Positions 1 to 12,942 of a stretch of DNA of 64,000 nucleotides are shown one piece after another. How positions within the stretch are numbered: position 1 is the stretch's first letter; the number at the start of each line of letters is the position of its first letter. The notes beneath the pieces were generated by a model. The model had not been told where the DNA came from and made no database searches. It saw only the letters and a list, made by a program, of their open reading frames with translations. Both the position numbers and the translations under genes were made by a program. The DNA lies in NCBI GenBank assembly GCA_051530055.1, contig CM121343.1:528389-592388 (forward strand). The letters are read 5' to 3'. The DNA comes from Neoechinorhynchus agilis. Lineage: Eukaryota > Animalia > Acanthocephala.

Positions 1-299
1 AATTCTTCACAAAGACGAAGTGTTAGATATCCATTCTTGTTGTTGCATTTCACGATTCAATGTTGTCCGATTATATTTTTCCAATTGTGGTTTTCTTTTT
101 CAAAACTGGTGCTTAGATCACTCAGAATGAATAACTTATCTCTCGCAGGAGCATTGATGGTTGTTCTTGAAAGCTTTTCATCCTCATTTGAGTCCAGAGA
201 TGGAGCATAAACACTGATTATAAGTTCCAGGAGGATTGCGACAACAGCTATCAATCTCTCGTTTTGATACCAGAGTCAAGGTGAGTGACCGTTCAACGG

Positions 300-3280
300 C
301 GTAGTCACCTATCGCAGCAGTTTTAGACAAATCGTTTGTTTAGATGTCCTTTTCTCCACCTTTCCCGATTTGCGGTTAGCAGTACTCTTCCTGGATAAGG
401 CTGCTCAGTAATGAACGAAGCTGCCAAAGTCACTTGTTGTATCGATCAGTATGAACTGATCGAGAATCTATAGATCAGTGCTGGTGCTCCCTCCGTCGAT
501 CCTTCTCGCCATAGGACTTGGCTGAAGCCATACAGAAAGGCTTTCTTTAGAGTACTCAATGGGATAATCATATCCGTTCGCCACATACTTTGAACTCAAT
601 GTAACTGGATCCATGGCACGCACGAAGACGAGAAGACGGAGTGAGAAATTGTTCTACAATCGGATGCGTAAAACCGGCCAATATGGCATTACCTTGATCC
701 AACCAAGGTTCGTGGAAAGATAGATTCATGATTCGAGAACTTACAATAATAAGACGTTAATGTACCTTTAAACTCCCGTGAACTCTCGAGTTCTGTTGGG
801 TTCCTTGAATGGGGCTGTTGATTTTTAAGTAAATGACGGGTCTGTTGGGGTGGGAAGGTTGGTGGTTATTGATCGTATTAGAATTTGTGAAGTTGGGTCT
901 TTCCTCAGGTTCGTTTCGAGTGATGATATTCGAGAAGATTCGGCATTGCGGAAAAGGGAGCGAAGGTAGAGGAAGATGTGAGCTACAAGAGGACGAAAGT
1001 AGGCTGCGAAGTGGTAAAAATTTTAATGGTAGGCTGAGAGGCAGCTTGATTGGTTAATGAAAATAGCATCAAGGCATTCAGTGAGAGGGCCTAAATTCGC
1101 TCGATGATATTAGTAATAAAGAAAAAGAGCGATTATCAGAAACCAACAATTCTATTTTGCGACTTTACAAACGTTTAATAGCTAACTGCACTTCAACAAA
1201 TGTACGACTAATCGATCAGAACAAAATAATGAAAAAATAAAATTTCATATGCATTCATTCCATGGGAATAAAATATGGAGTTAGAGCTAGTTCTAAATTT
1301 TATACTTTTTAAACAAGAAAAGTATGAGAAATTGCAATTTGGACATTAGAATTCTTTAGGTAGTTCAATCGCAAAAATTCGCTGGATGATAATGACAATC
1401 GAGAAAGAGAGCGAAATCTATACGATATTCTAAATTTAAGTGAGAAATGCGAAAATTCTATTGAATTCTCAATTCGGAATATTGAAGGAAAAATGTCTCA
1501 TTTTAGAAGTCCGAAAATTCACTTCTTATTTCCAAGTAGCTTTTCTTGCTTAATAAAAGGAAATTGGATCTTCGCAGAATCGAAAGTAAAGGGATATTCT
1601 CGCTGGATAATATACTGTGGAATCAAAAGATTCAATTACCGACTATACAACACAAATTTGTCAACAGACTACGATGAAACTAATCCAATTATCCACTCGA
1701 TTATGAAGTGAAGACTGGAGTTCGGTTAAACAACAATAAAGAAATAATTCTTGGAAACATTCTCAAGGAGAAGAGAAACATTGATCCGACTAACGGGATA
1801 TACAGAATTAAGTGCGTTTGGATTTGTAAGATTCATTCGGTATAGGGAGTCCTGATATTCCAATTGGCAAAACTAAGTCCTGAAAATTTCTCTTTTCATC
1901 AGCCGTGTAAGTGGATTTCCGCCGAATGGATATTAGACCAACTTTACGGTCTCTCCTGGATAGGGGGAGCATATCGATCCCGCTGAAGAGGATTCCGGAT
2001 TCAAAGCGTAGCGACCATCGAATCCCTCGCCGCCACTGCGTAGAAGGTGGTTACTGAGAGCATCCAGGTTATCAGCCCTGATCCTGTCGCCTCTTCAGCA
2101 ACGCCATTGAACTTTGAAGCGTCCACGGCTGCTAAATCAGAGTTGGTCTGTGTCCATGAAACCACGGGAAGGTGAATTCGAAAAGATCCATTTCTGATTG
2201 CATCCCATTTAGTCTCAAGGAATGGAAATGGTTTGATTTCAACTCGAAACCTCCAGCAGGTAACCCATACGAAAGTCGTTTTCGGGAAGATTTGCATACC
2301 CGTCAGCGATCTCCTTGGCTTTAATCGAGAACAGCTCCCATCATCAGAGTCGTCATTGTTACTTCAACCAGCAACTCAGATGCATCGTACAATCCAACCG
2401 CGGTAATCAGTCGGGAGGGATTGAACCTGTTGTTGATTAAGGGAGCCATGACCAAGCTTCGAAATGCAGCCAATGAAAGGCCAATACACACGTTATTCGC
2501 TCCAAAAACTAACAACTTTGTTCGTCCGATGACTTTCTAGTACAGCCGAGTGTATACTTGGAAATCCTCTTTAAAAACGTCTTTTTATCAATGGCGATGG
2601 TACCAGATCATAACAGCTTCATAGATGTTGCTGGAGTCAGCTCTATGGACTCCAAACGTTTTAGATTATAAAAAGTTCCCTCATTCCTCGACCCGGGAAA
2701 TATTTTTGATGGACCACCACTATATAAGTATGGGATTTCGTGAGATGGTCTTCGTGTGGGATCACGGCGGATTCTCCAATTGGCCACCACGAAAATGGCA
2801 TTTCCAAATCAGTACCGTGATCCGACATCTACTTGATAGCCTTCAAAAAGTTCTACTTGACCGCGATTCCCGTCCCAGATACGAAGAAAGTTGTCGGATC
2901 GCTTACATTCGGTCCATTTCTCAAGAAGTCTTCTACTCTTCCCGGAGGTTTGAACATGGGAAGCACGAATAAGAAGTACTGATTTTCAGTTAACGATGGT
3001 TCCAAAGTATTCGTTTTAACCACTGTAACTGAGCGGGGAACTCCTTTTATTTCTCTTTGGAATCCCTGATGAGGATTGAACGTTCTTTTACATCGATGAA
3101 GTTATGAACAATTATGGGAGATATCAATTTGATGGCGCCGTTACATTTCGCTAACGCCACACTGAGCGTTTCCCAGTACGGTATTCTTAAGTCACAACCT
3201 CAACACGATCATGAGAAATTCTTACAAACGTGCCGAGGAAGACGAAGTCGCCATGAGACCAGTTTTCTATAACTACCAAA
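300..3280 (-). mobile_element. Possible highly degenerate retroelement-derived region
   Basis: Broken minus-strand frames; FVFLGTFV...EYRTGK near 3230-3170 loosely resembles a post-YxDD RT thumb segment. No clean motif set; tentative. Confidence 0.2.
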
Positions 3281-3367
3281 TCAAAACAACGTCTGAGAAT
3301 TGAATTGTAAGTTCTTCCGCATCTGACGGAACACTGATTTGGTGATTATACCGCGGATTTGGTTGCC

Positions 3368-3862
3368 ATGGCGATGCTCAAGGAGTTCTTTAGTAAGCCA
3401 CGTAGTGATTACGCGGCTTCTCCACTTTTTATTCCAAGTAATGAAGACATCGTAATTGACGGCCGAAGGGTAACGTATTTTGATTTGAGTCCTCAATCAC
3501 CAAAGCCAAATCTCGATCGGGACCTTAATGGTAATGAGCGTTATAGATTTTATGGATTCCCGTACGTGATGTTCAGCGATTTACGATTTATGATTCCTGG
3601 CGTGCTAGTCTTCGGACTTGCACTTAGAAACAAAATCAAAGGAATTCCACGCTACAGAGGACATTTGCCGCACGTTGCCGGACTGCTCGTTGGTGGATTC
3701 TTTATTGGTGGTTACATTCAAGCTCATTATCATAGATCGCGAGACCAAGCGCGATTAATCGTTTGGGATTACGTGAGAAAGCATTCTGATGATTTTCCGG
3801 AATTATTCGAGAAAAGAAAAACTTACGGCGAAGTTCTGAAGTCCTGGAAGCCGTGCAGATAA
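3368..3862 (+). CDS. NDUFC2: NADH dehydrogenase (complex I) subunit B14.5b/C2-like, single exon
   Basis: C-terminus DYVRKHSDDFPELFEKRKTYGEVLKSWKPCR matches the NDUFC2 pattern (Y..HP.DFP...KTYGE....PxR) after two hydrophobic segments; first ATG at 3368. Confidence 0.75.
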   Translation: MAMLKEFFSKPRSDYAASPLFIPSNEDIVIDGRRVTYFDLSPQSPKPNLDRDLNGNERYRFYGFPYVMFSDLRFMIPGVLVFGLALRNKIKGIPRYRGHLPHVAGLLVGGFFIGGYIQAHYHRSRDQARLIVWDYVRKHSDDFPELFEKRKTYGEVLKSWKPCR

Positions 3863-4659
3863 AGTGCTGTGTTGTTATTAATTATCGATTAGATTTTCAC
3901 ATTAAAAACCCCTAAGGATGTTTTGGTCCAAAAATGAACCATTTTGTATCTTTAACATTTTAAACCTAAACTCCTGCTCAATTTGTTGTGACCGTTCGAT
4001 TTTATCGGTGCTTAAACCAACGAATAATGGAGAGTTTAATACTGAAAAATTTGGAAATTGGCATTATACCTTTTGTAATTGTTTATTTGCTCTTTAATGT
4101 GAAATATTCGCGCAATTCTAATCAGATTGATTCAAAAATTGTGATAAATGAGAAAAATAAGAAGAGCTCTCAAGACCAATAATTTTTATTTCGAGATAAA
4201 ATGACCCATTTATCAGTATTACACACAACTGAACGATGATTGCTTATTAGTTTTTTTGTCGATTGTTCAATAAAATCATCTGAATTGCGCTTGCTTTTGA
4301 CTTCCGATAACTGTAACGCCATCCCAAAAGCAAACATTATAAAAGTTCAGATAGAAACGGAGGAGCATCTTTATCCTCCAATGCCTCGGGAATGCATCCA
4401 GTATTCCCAACTTTAAACAGTCATTTCTTGATTTTCCGGCAACTCTGTACTTTAATGTCTAATATCCTTTTCCATAGCGAATGCAAAGCGTGAGCTAGCG
4501 GCCATTCTCATTATTTGCTTACGTAATTGTTCTAATTTATAGGCCTTTTTTGTTTTTGACATTGCTGTTTCCCAGTATTTTTGTTTTATTAACAAACATC
4601 GCCAATATGGACTCGACGGTCCAGGAATCGTTTCTTTTTTGACTTCTACAAAACTGCCG

Positions 4660-4800
4660 ATGAGGGATTATGATAACCACATCTCAAACTTCATCCTTCC
4701 GAAGGATTTTCTATTGATGATTACGGCATTTGCCCGTGGTTTCTCGCGACTTAAAAATCATAACCAAAAATGATAAAAATCCGCGATTTTAGTATCTAAA
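4660..4800 (+). repeat. Dispersed repeat, copy 1 (related copies at 6660-6900)
   Basis: ccgaaggattttctattgatgattacggcatttgcccgtgg recurs imperfectly at ~6662 and ~6858, on either side of the LINE fragment. Confidence 0.7.
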
Positions 4801-5199
4801 ATGGTTTTAAGCATTCTTATGAGTGGTTCAGCCGGTATTCTTTTTTATAGATATGTTTATTTTTTCCATGCACGGCCCAATGGACACACAATCCATCGAT
4901 CTCGTTTTGGGAAGCGCTTATCTGCGTTCAATGCCCAAGACGGTACGGTTAAAAGTATTCCCCATCCCAAAACTCGAAGAGTAAGCAACTTCGCAACTTC
5001 TTTGATTACGTGCAACTTCACGGGCGCCCGACCCCAGCCCTTCCACATTAAACACTCTCTTACCCCCAAATCAAGTAAATAATTATCGCTCTACCCCTAC
5101 TTAAAAACGCCAAGCTGATCCATACAAACTTTCAGCTCTAAACTCATTTCTATCATTACCAATCACTCATCCCTACTCAAATTTTCGAGTCGCCCCCGG

Positions 5200-6660
5200 A
5201 CTTCTCTCTTTGGGATAATCAATCGTTCTTTGTTGGCATCTCGTAATGTTTCCTCCCTTAATCCACCACCCGCAACGAACAACGCAACCCCAATCTCCTA
5301 CACTCCCGCCCGGTTTTCCGAAATCAAAAATTTCCTCCCCACCGTAATCTACTCCAATACTCGTACCCTCTTTCCTAAACTAGATGAAATCTCACTCATT
5401 TCATCTACCTCAAAAGCTGACGTAATCATCTTAACAGAAACTTGGCATAGCCCCTTCAACAGCGATTCAGCCATCCTTCACGGGTACGCTCCCTCCATAC
5501 ATATCGCGAGGACCTCAATTTATGTACGGCAATCGCTACCATACTCTTTATCTCAGGCTCTCTTCAAAACCCCGATTTAGAATTCATCACAGTCCATTTC
5601 ATAGCTCCTCTTAGAAATGGCCTTAGAAAACCTCCCGACCTGGGTCCTCCTTACTCCAAATTGACTCTATGGTGGAGCTCATAAACTCCACAAATTCGCA
5701 CCATTTCTTAATTGAAGGGGACTTCAATGATCTATTTCATCTTCTACCCTTCTCCCAGTTGCGTCAACTTATTGATTTCCCAACTCGTCTTGACCCTCAC
5801 CTCGACAAAGTCTTCACAAATATCGACGTCTACTCATCCGATTCTAAACTCCCCCCCGCGAACTCTGACCATTCCTCTGCCCTTATCACTCCATCCACCC
5901 CACCTCAGCGTATGAAATCTCCCCGTTTAACCGTCTGGGATAAACGTGATCATCACATTCAAAATTTTATAAAATTGTTCAACTCTAACATCCGCACATC
6001 CCACTCTAACAACACAAATGACCCTTCCTTGGCCGTGTCCTCCCTAATCTTAATCATAGAAAATTCACTAACTTCGGCAATTCCCAAGAAATTTATTAAG
6101 ATCTTCAACCGCCATCCATCGTGGATAATCTCAATCTTGCCTATCGCAATAAATATCCAGACTTTCCTCGTTTTCGAAAAGCGCCATCGCGCAAAATACT
6201 TCTTGCCCGCAAAAACTACCTTTCCTCTAAAATTCGATCAGGTGGTAACTCAACATAGTGGTAGGCCGTCAAGGACTCTGTTGGTCTACACCACCCGGAC
6301 CCCTTCACTAATTTGTCCTCCACCGAATTAAAGCAGGTTATAGATTCCATTAATCAGAACCCATGCCCTGGCTCAATTTACAATCACTGCTCCACATCCG
6401 ACACCACATAATTTTTCACGCCCACATCTGAAACTTTTATCAATTCGCCGATACTCCCCATAGTTTCGTCATACGGGGTCCTTGGACGTCTCAAGAAATT
6501 ATCTCGAAATTCGTCTTCTCTGTCCAAAATCCCAAACTGGGCTATTCGCTACATCATCCACGAACTCATCGACCCTCTTAACCTCATTATAAACCTCAAG
6601 TTTTTATATGGAATCTACCCCTCATGCCTGAAAACTGCTAAAGTTATACTTGTTTCCATC
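5200..6660 (+). mobile_element. Decayed CR1/L2-group LINE: AP endonuclease plus start of RT region
   Basis: APE motifs YSNTRTL, IILTETW, EGDFND, LDKVFTN, SDHS spread over frameshifted ORFs 5230-5580 and 5669-6331; pre-RT segment near 6470-6650; 3' part missing. Confidence 0.8.
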
Positions 6661-6900
6661 CCCCCGAGGATTTTCTCCTGATGATTACGGTGTTTGCCCG
6701 TGGTTTTGCGCGACTTGAAAATCCCAATTAATAATGGTAAGAATCTGCTATTTTAGTATCGAAAAAAGGTTTTGTATCGTGTTGTTCGGGATCGCTATTC
6801 CCGAGACTCGCTGATGTCATCTTCGGAGTATGATCACCACGTCTTAAAGTCCATCCTCCCGAAGGATTTTCTCTTGATTATGGCGTGTTTCCTTCCGCAT
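6660..6900 (+). repeat. Dispersed repeat, copies 2-3 of the 4660-4800 family
   Basis: Direct sequence similarity to 4660-4800. Confidence 0.65.
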
Positions 6901-7482
6901 TTCCCCGTTTCTAATTGAACATTAGACGCAGGCAATCTGTAGTTGTATCAAATGACGTCATTCTCATCCAAGCAACGGAAGAAACGTGCTCTCAGCTGCA
7001 TGACCATTTACATGCGCATCGATCGAGTTATGATTTTGCTCGGGTTGCTGATGTTATTCTTTATGGCGTCTCCTGTGAGTCCGAATTCCGAATGGGAAAG
7101 TTTGCCTATATTATCCAACAGTCTTGTGATGTTAAATTTAAATTGGAAAAGAGTTGGACGGGATACGGATCCTTCGACGAGTAATGGTTTCAAGCCAATA
7201 ACAGTCTATGATGGCTACGTGATTGGCGACGGTGGACGCAATAGAAGTTCCAGCATCGCAATACTGTGACTTCGTGTATCCCATTAAAAAATTCCTTATT
7301 TGCTCGAGAAGTGTTTTTCGGTGTGGGTGTAGTATTTTCGTTATCGATCCTCCGCCGCCGCCGCTGTCGTCGTCGTTTTTGGTGTGTGTAGAAGACGAGG
7401 AAGCTCGGGTTTTTTCTTGTCATCTAAGAGCGATTGGCGCCATATTCCTTTTAAATCCCGGATTCATTTTCTTAAAGACGAA

Positions 7483-8290
7483 ATGTCGACTCTTGACGAT
7501 AAGCTGCTCGGAATTCCAGCTCAAAACTATTGCAGTGACAGCGATGAGTCCGACGATGGTTATGCCCGATGTGAGCCGGCGTCCGTGGTGCCATTTATGG
7601 CATCGCATCAGAAGCCCGTCGCTACGAACACGGGCCCCAAAGGAGTGATGGAGGATCGGCGGTTATATGATGAAATGTGCCGGAACCAAGCTGAAGAAGA
7701 TCACGCTCAGGTAATATCAGACATGAAGAAATTGAGCCTAAATAATCCGACATCGTACGTCGATAAAAGCGATGAGGATTTCTTCAGACGGTACTGCGCC
7801 ACCCGATTAGAGGAACTGAAACACAAATACGACCGTCTACCAATATTCGGGGTTGTCAACGATCTCAACGCGGATAATTTCATCTTAGCTATAGATAACG
7901 AACACCCGAGCACTACACTACTCGTGCATATCTTCGTCGATGAGAACTCGGCTTGTGAAGCGTTGAACGTTGCGTTTTCCTTTTTGGCAAAGAAGTATTT
8001 GCAAATCAAATTCTGCAGGTTTAAAGCTCAGTCGGGCGTACTCTCAGAAACGTTCAGGCAGAAAGGCTGCCCAGCTATCGTTGGCTATCAAGGTGGCAAA
8101 CTTACGGCTAATCTTGTTTGCTTCGGTCAACATGTCTCTTAAATGCACTTGAAAAGAGAGAAATGTTGAGTTACACCAAATCTTAGGAAATGACTTCTTC
8201 GTAGGTGATTTAGAGAAACTTCTTGTGGACAACAAATTACTACCAAACAAATTCCATGAGAAATCTCGGTGCTATTACTTGTTCGATTAA
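7483..8290 (+). CDS. PDCL: Phosducin-like protein 1, two exons
   Basis: Starts MSTLDDKLLG (PhLP1 signature), NTGPKGV motif, thioredoxin-like domain. The C-terminus LHQILGNDFFVGDLEKLL continues in another frame after an interruption at ~8116-8171; TAA at 8288-8290. Confidence 0.9.
8122..8171 (+). other. Hairpin-forming intron in PDCL, junction ambiguous
   Basis: 49-nt removal gives a length-matched alignment. Stem 8127-8140 with 8156-8169 pairs at 13 of 14 positions (one G-U). GT-AG alternatives 8116-8158 (+2 aa) and 8116-8170 (-2 aa) also exist. Confidence 0.5.
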
Positions 8291-9294
8291 ACAACAAACG
8301 GCCCCAAATATCCTTCTAATATTTTGTCCAGTAAAATTGCATCAAAGGACATCAAACTTCTTTAACACAATGTTGCTCAGTGATCAATATACATAGATCT
8401 TTCCATACTGTCCTTTAAAATTAAATTAATTTTATAAAAACCGGATTCGCAAAAATATTGAATGGCCGTGGATATTTTTTCGGTTAAAGATTAATTTATT
8501 ATTATGAAATATTTCGCGAAATCGCTTAAAAACGTTCTCTCTCTTATATCGAAACAATTTACAATAATAATAACACGTTTATCTGTTAATTGACAAAGAA
8601 AATTATCTTCGAATTTGCATGAGAATTATTTCAGTACTGCTTTAAGATTCGCGCAGAAATTTGAAGAATATTTCTTAAGTTGGTATTAGTTTATTTGATT
8701 TTTGTCGGTTAACTTGTAGTTGTACTTTATCCGCGGAGTGATCATTTTTTAACCCGTGAAAAAAAGCTTTAAGTTGAAATGGAAAGTTTTTAACCCGTGC
8801 GAAAAAACATAATCACATGTAATTCCGTTCAGTTTAATTACGCGTAAAACTCGCGATAGATCAATCCACATATCGTTTCCGGTGGAATTTAAATTTGGAA
8901 GGATGATTTGCAACCTTTAAGAGAAAATTAGCATTATAACTCCCTCTTCTCAGCTCCTGTTGGAGGGGTCTCAGGTTAAAAAAATCCCCCAACAGTTGAC
9001 ATCTGCAATCAATACTCATGGATACGTAGTTTATACAACCAAACGATGGTCTTTCATCCTCAATATCATACACGGCGTGGCAATTAATTCCACCTATTGC
9101 ATCTGTCCTCCTTCTACAACCATTCGGACTTCCACCAGACAAGGGTTTTCCGCCCCTATGGCTCCTTAAATGTCTCGGCAGTAAAACCTATGGAGAACCC
9201 CATTTGAAAATCAAGGAAAAAATCCCAAAATCTGAGTACATAAAGGTCAAAGCGCTGAGATTTCAACATTCGCCCATTGCTTTTATTACGATAT

Positions 9295-10140
9295 TCTAAT
9301 GGTTGTGTACCCAAGGAACAAAATTATCATCCTAGAAAAAGGTCTCACTTCAACACGTAATAAAAAGTAACAATCTAACCAGGTTTAGGGAGAAAATAAT
9401 TAAATAATTGTCCCAAAACTAAAAACTGGCTGATTTTGGTGTACATTCCGTATTTGTGCCGAGTTTGCCTTCTGTACTGGAGCCCCGAATCCCTATTTCA
9501 GGGTCAAAAAAGGTTCAAAATCCATAAAGACCGATAACGCACAAAGGGGACGCAATACCCCGCCGAAGGGAAGAGGAAACTCTCTGATGAATCCCGCCTC
9601 CTCGGGAGGTATCTGAGAATCCGGATTAATGCGTACAAAACTCATAGCCGTGTGCTTCGGGGTATTAAATGATTTTAAGCGCTTCCTTGAACCAGATCGG
9701 TGGGATGTGTGCCCAAGGAACAAAATTATCAACCTTGAAAAAGGCCCCACTTCAACACGTAATAAAAAGTAACAATCTAACCAGGTTTAGAGATAAAATA
9801 ATTCAATAATTGCCCAAAATTAAAAACTGGCTGATTTTGTTGCACATTCCGTATTTGTGCCGAGCTGGTCTAGTGAACTTGAGCCCCGAATCCCTGTCTA
9901 AGGATCAAAATCCATTAAGACCGATAACGCACAAAGGGGATGTAATACCGCCGAAGGGAAGAGGAAACTCTCTTATGAGTCCCGGAATCCGGATTAATGC
10001 GTACAAAACTCATAGCCGTGTGCTTCGGGGTATTAAATGATTTTAAGCGCTTCCTTGAACCATGTCGGTGGGATGTGTGCCCAAGGAACAAAATTATCAT
10101 CCTAGAAAAAGGCCTCACTTCAACACGTAATAAAAAGTAA
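9295..10140 (+). repeat. Satellite family A, tandem units of ~370-400 bp
   Basis: aaggaacaaaattatca...cacttcaacacgtaataaaaagtaac recurs at ~9312, ~9714 and ~10084. Confidence 0.9.
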
Positions 10141-10616
10141 CCGGCTAGCCAAGCTTACTTGATGGTTTCCTCACATTCAACTTTTTTTAGTTTAACTTAT
10201 CGGCAGCTTGTTTTACATTTGGTTAAACCAAGCGTAAAATCGTTAATTCATTACATCATACTAATTGCAAACACATTATCCTCAACTTACTGGAATTTCC
10301 CACTTTAGAGCAATAATTATCTAGTCTGCAGCTAAATGTGCTTAAAAATCTATAAAGCTAATCACATTGCTATGACAACCAAAAATAGCAGTTGACGACA
10401 TAAACTACGAAAGAATTCCTAATAGTACTTATCCGAATTCCGCACTGTCGTGATTTTTATGAATCATAGGGGGAAGGGGAACTCTTAGTCATCGCACTTT
10501 AAAATGTCAGTATACGTTTCGTACGTGCGACCGCTCACAACTTTTGTAGTATGACGTCATACGATGACGCGTGCGACGGGCGTGGATAAAATTTGCGGGA
10601 GGCTTAATTGTAGATA

Positions 10617-11037
10617 ATGCGTCGATTTGTGGGGAGAGCGAGCACTGGCGAAGGATCAACACAGGGGACAAACGACGGTGACCCTCCGGTTGCCCAAGTG
10701 CTCGTGGAACAACCCCTGGTAACTCGCATAGTAGTGCGTCGATCAAGTCCGCGTGTCCGATTTTCCGATGATACGATCGATAATGAGCTCATGGGAAAGA
10801 AAAAGTCAAAATGCTGTTGTGTGTATCACAAGCCGTATAGGTTTAAGGCTTCAGCGGTTGCTTCTGGGTATTCTCTCGTCGATGTTAATGAGTAGAAATC
10901 GCTGCAATAAAGGTGAAGATGACGATGATTCAGACGACAAAGACGACCACGGGTGTTCTGGTCGTCATGGAGATAAATTACACCAGACTCGTGATTGCAA
11001 CTACCACGTCCGTTCGGATTTTGAGAAGGAAGAGTAA
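10617..11037 (+). CDS. PPP1R11: Protein phosphatase 1 inhibitor 3 (Ypi1 family), two exons
   Basis: RVRFSDDTIDNELMGKKKSKCCCVYHKP motif; GT-AG intron 10841-10895 (55 nt) joins it to an acidic C-terminus. Confidence 0.9.
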
Positions 11038-11105
11038 CAAGACTTTAGACGCTCGCTAAAAATAAACGATGATAACTATGTTTACTCTTCGGTTTGCTGT
11101 TGTTC

Positions 11106-12942
11106 TTACAATCGCTCCTTTTTAAGGGCGACATAAGTATCAACGAATGAAACTACGATCTGTTTAAGCTTGGCTTCCAATTCTTCACTGAGTTGTCCTT
11201 CATTCCTAATGGTATCTAGTACATCCTGATGTTGACTTTGGACGTGTTCAACGAATTCTTTCTCCCAGACAGTGATATCGTTAGGTTGTATCCGGTCGAT
11301 GAGACCTCTGACTCCAGCAAATATGACAACCACTTGCAATTCGATCGCCATTGGTTTATATTGACCTTGTTTGAGAAGTTCGGTAAGGCGTACTCCACGG
11401 CTTAGAAGACTTTGAGTACTGGCATCTAAATCCGAGCCGAATTGAGCAAATGCTGCTACTTCACGGTACTGAGCAAGTTCAAGTTTAAGACGACCCGCTA
11501 CTTGTTTCATCGCTTTTATCTGAGCAGCACTTCCGACTCGACTAACACTGAGACCCACATTTATAGCTGGACGAATTCCTTTACAGCTTATATTCTCTCT
11601 CCCGTTTAAGTTAGATTTCAAAAGGAAAATATAAGACTTTATAGAATAATTCGGTTTCAAGGAAGATTTGTCCATCAGTGATTGAAATGACGTTTGTAGG
11701 GATATAAGCCGATAAATCACCCGCTTGAGTTTCAATGACAGGAAGTGCCGTCAGTGAGCCCCCACCGAAATTATCGTTTAACTTTGCAGCTCTTTCAAGT
11801 AAGCGACTGTGGAGGTAGAACACATCACCCGGATAGGCCTCACGTCCGGGAGGGCGTCTCAACAACAAGGACATTTGTCGATAAGCAACGGCTTGTTTAC
11901 TAAGATCGTCGTAAATAATAAGTGCGTGTTGACCGTTATCGCGGAAATATTCGCCCATCGCACATCCCGTGTAAGGAGCCAAATACTGCAACGGGGCAGC
12001 GTCCGACGCAGTGGCACTGACCACAATTGTGTATTTCATTGCACCGGCGTCAGCTAGGCGCTTCACGAGTTGAGCCACAGTGGATCGCTTCTGGCCGATT
12101 GCAACGTATATACAAAACAATCGACGATCTACACTCTTTTTGCCCGGTTCGGATGATTTAACCGGCGTCATTTGGTCATTGAAACGCTGCTGATTCAGGA
12201 TCGTATCGATAGCAATCGCCGTTTTTCCAGTCTGACGATCGCCAATAATCAACTCACGCTGACCTCTTCCAATCGGAAATAAACCATCGACCACCTTTAA
12301 ACCGGTTTGCATCGGATCCCTCACCGACTGTCTTGGAATTATCCCGGGTGCTTTTACACCGACTCTTGCCCTCTTTTTCGCATTAATGGGACCCTTTCCA
12401 TCAATGGGATCGCCCAATGAGTCCACAACACGACCCAACAACTCCTCGCCTACCGGCACATCCACAATCGAACCCAAGCGTTTTACTACGTCTCCTTGTC
12501 GAATCAGTTTATCGTTTCCGAACACAACGACCCCAACGTTGTCCGCCTCCAAATTCAAAGCCATTCCTTTAACACCACTCCCAAATTCAACCATTTCTTC
12601 GGCTTGGATGTTTCTAAGCCCATAAACACGCGATATACCATCTCCAATTGAAAGGACATGACCAATCTCCGTCATGTCCTGCTTAGTATCGATTCCTAGA
12701 ATTTTCGCTTCCAGTTCAGCAGATACCTCAGGAACGGCTAAAATTCGACTTTTAACCAATTTCGAACGCTAATCAACGAGCTTACTCGTAGCATAGCTCC
12801 TAGCAACAAAGTATGACGGTTGATTTATTCGTACAATCTAAATATACGTGCAGTTTTTCAAGTCAATGCAAAAATATTGATTCACCTTCGGAAACAGGGT
12901 CAATGCTCTTCGAAAATGATTCAATGCCACACCGAAAGCCAT
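11106..12942 (-). CDS. ATP5F1A: Nuclear-encoded mitochondrial F1 ATP synthase alpha subunit
   Basis: GDRQTGKT P-loop, [23 protein letters not shown]; transit-peptide-like N-terminus from ATG 12942; GT-AG introns 12885-12838 and 12785-12738 (48 nt each); a third interruption at 11640-11583. Confidence 0.97.
11583..11640 (-). other. Non-canonical hairpin intron in ATP5F1A (58 nt)
   Basis: Conserved ELFYK-GIRP needs removal of 58 nt, whereas the GT..AG span is 59 nt. Junction TAT|AAAG...CTGT|AAA; 11-bp stem 11635-11625 with 11597-11587. Confidence 0.7.

Noticed and set aside
6915-7423. Overlapping short ORFs upstream of PDCL
   Set aside because: No recognisable motif or consistent exon structure on either strand.
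9295-10140. Satellite A as a spliced-leader RNA gene array (hairpin plus AATTTTG on the minus strand)
   Set aside because: No recognisable leader or donor arrangement, and such short motifs are expected by chance in AT-rich DNA.
10841-10895. PPP1R11 intron flanked by a TAG direct repeat as a hairpin-class member
   Set aside because: A clean GT-AG solution exists and there is no substantial stem.
11106-12942. ATP synthase alpha as a bacterial contaminant or organellar insert
   Set aside because: It has a transit-peptide-like exon, spliceosomal introns and eukaryotic neighbours.
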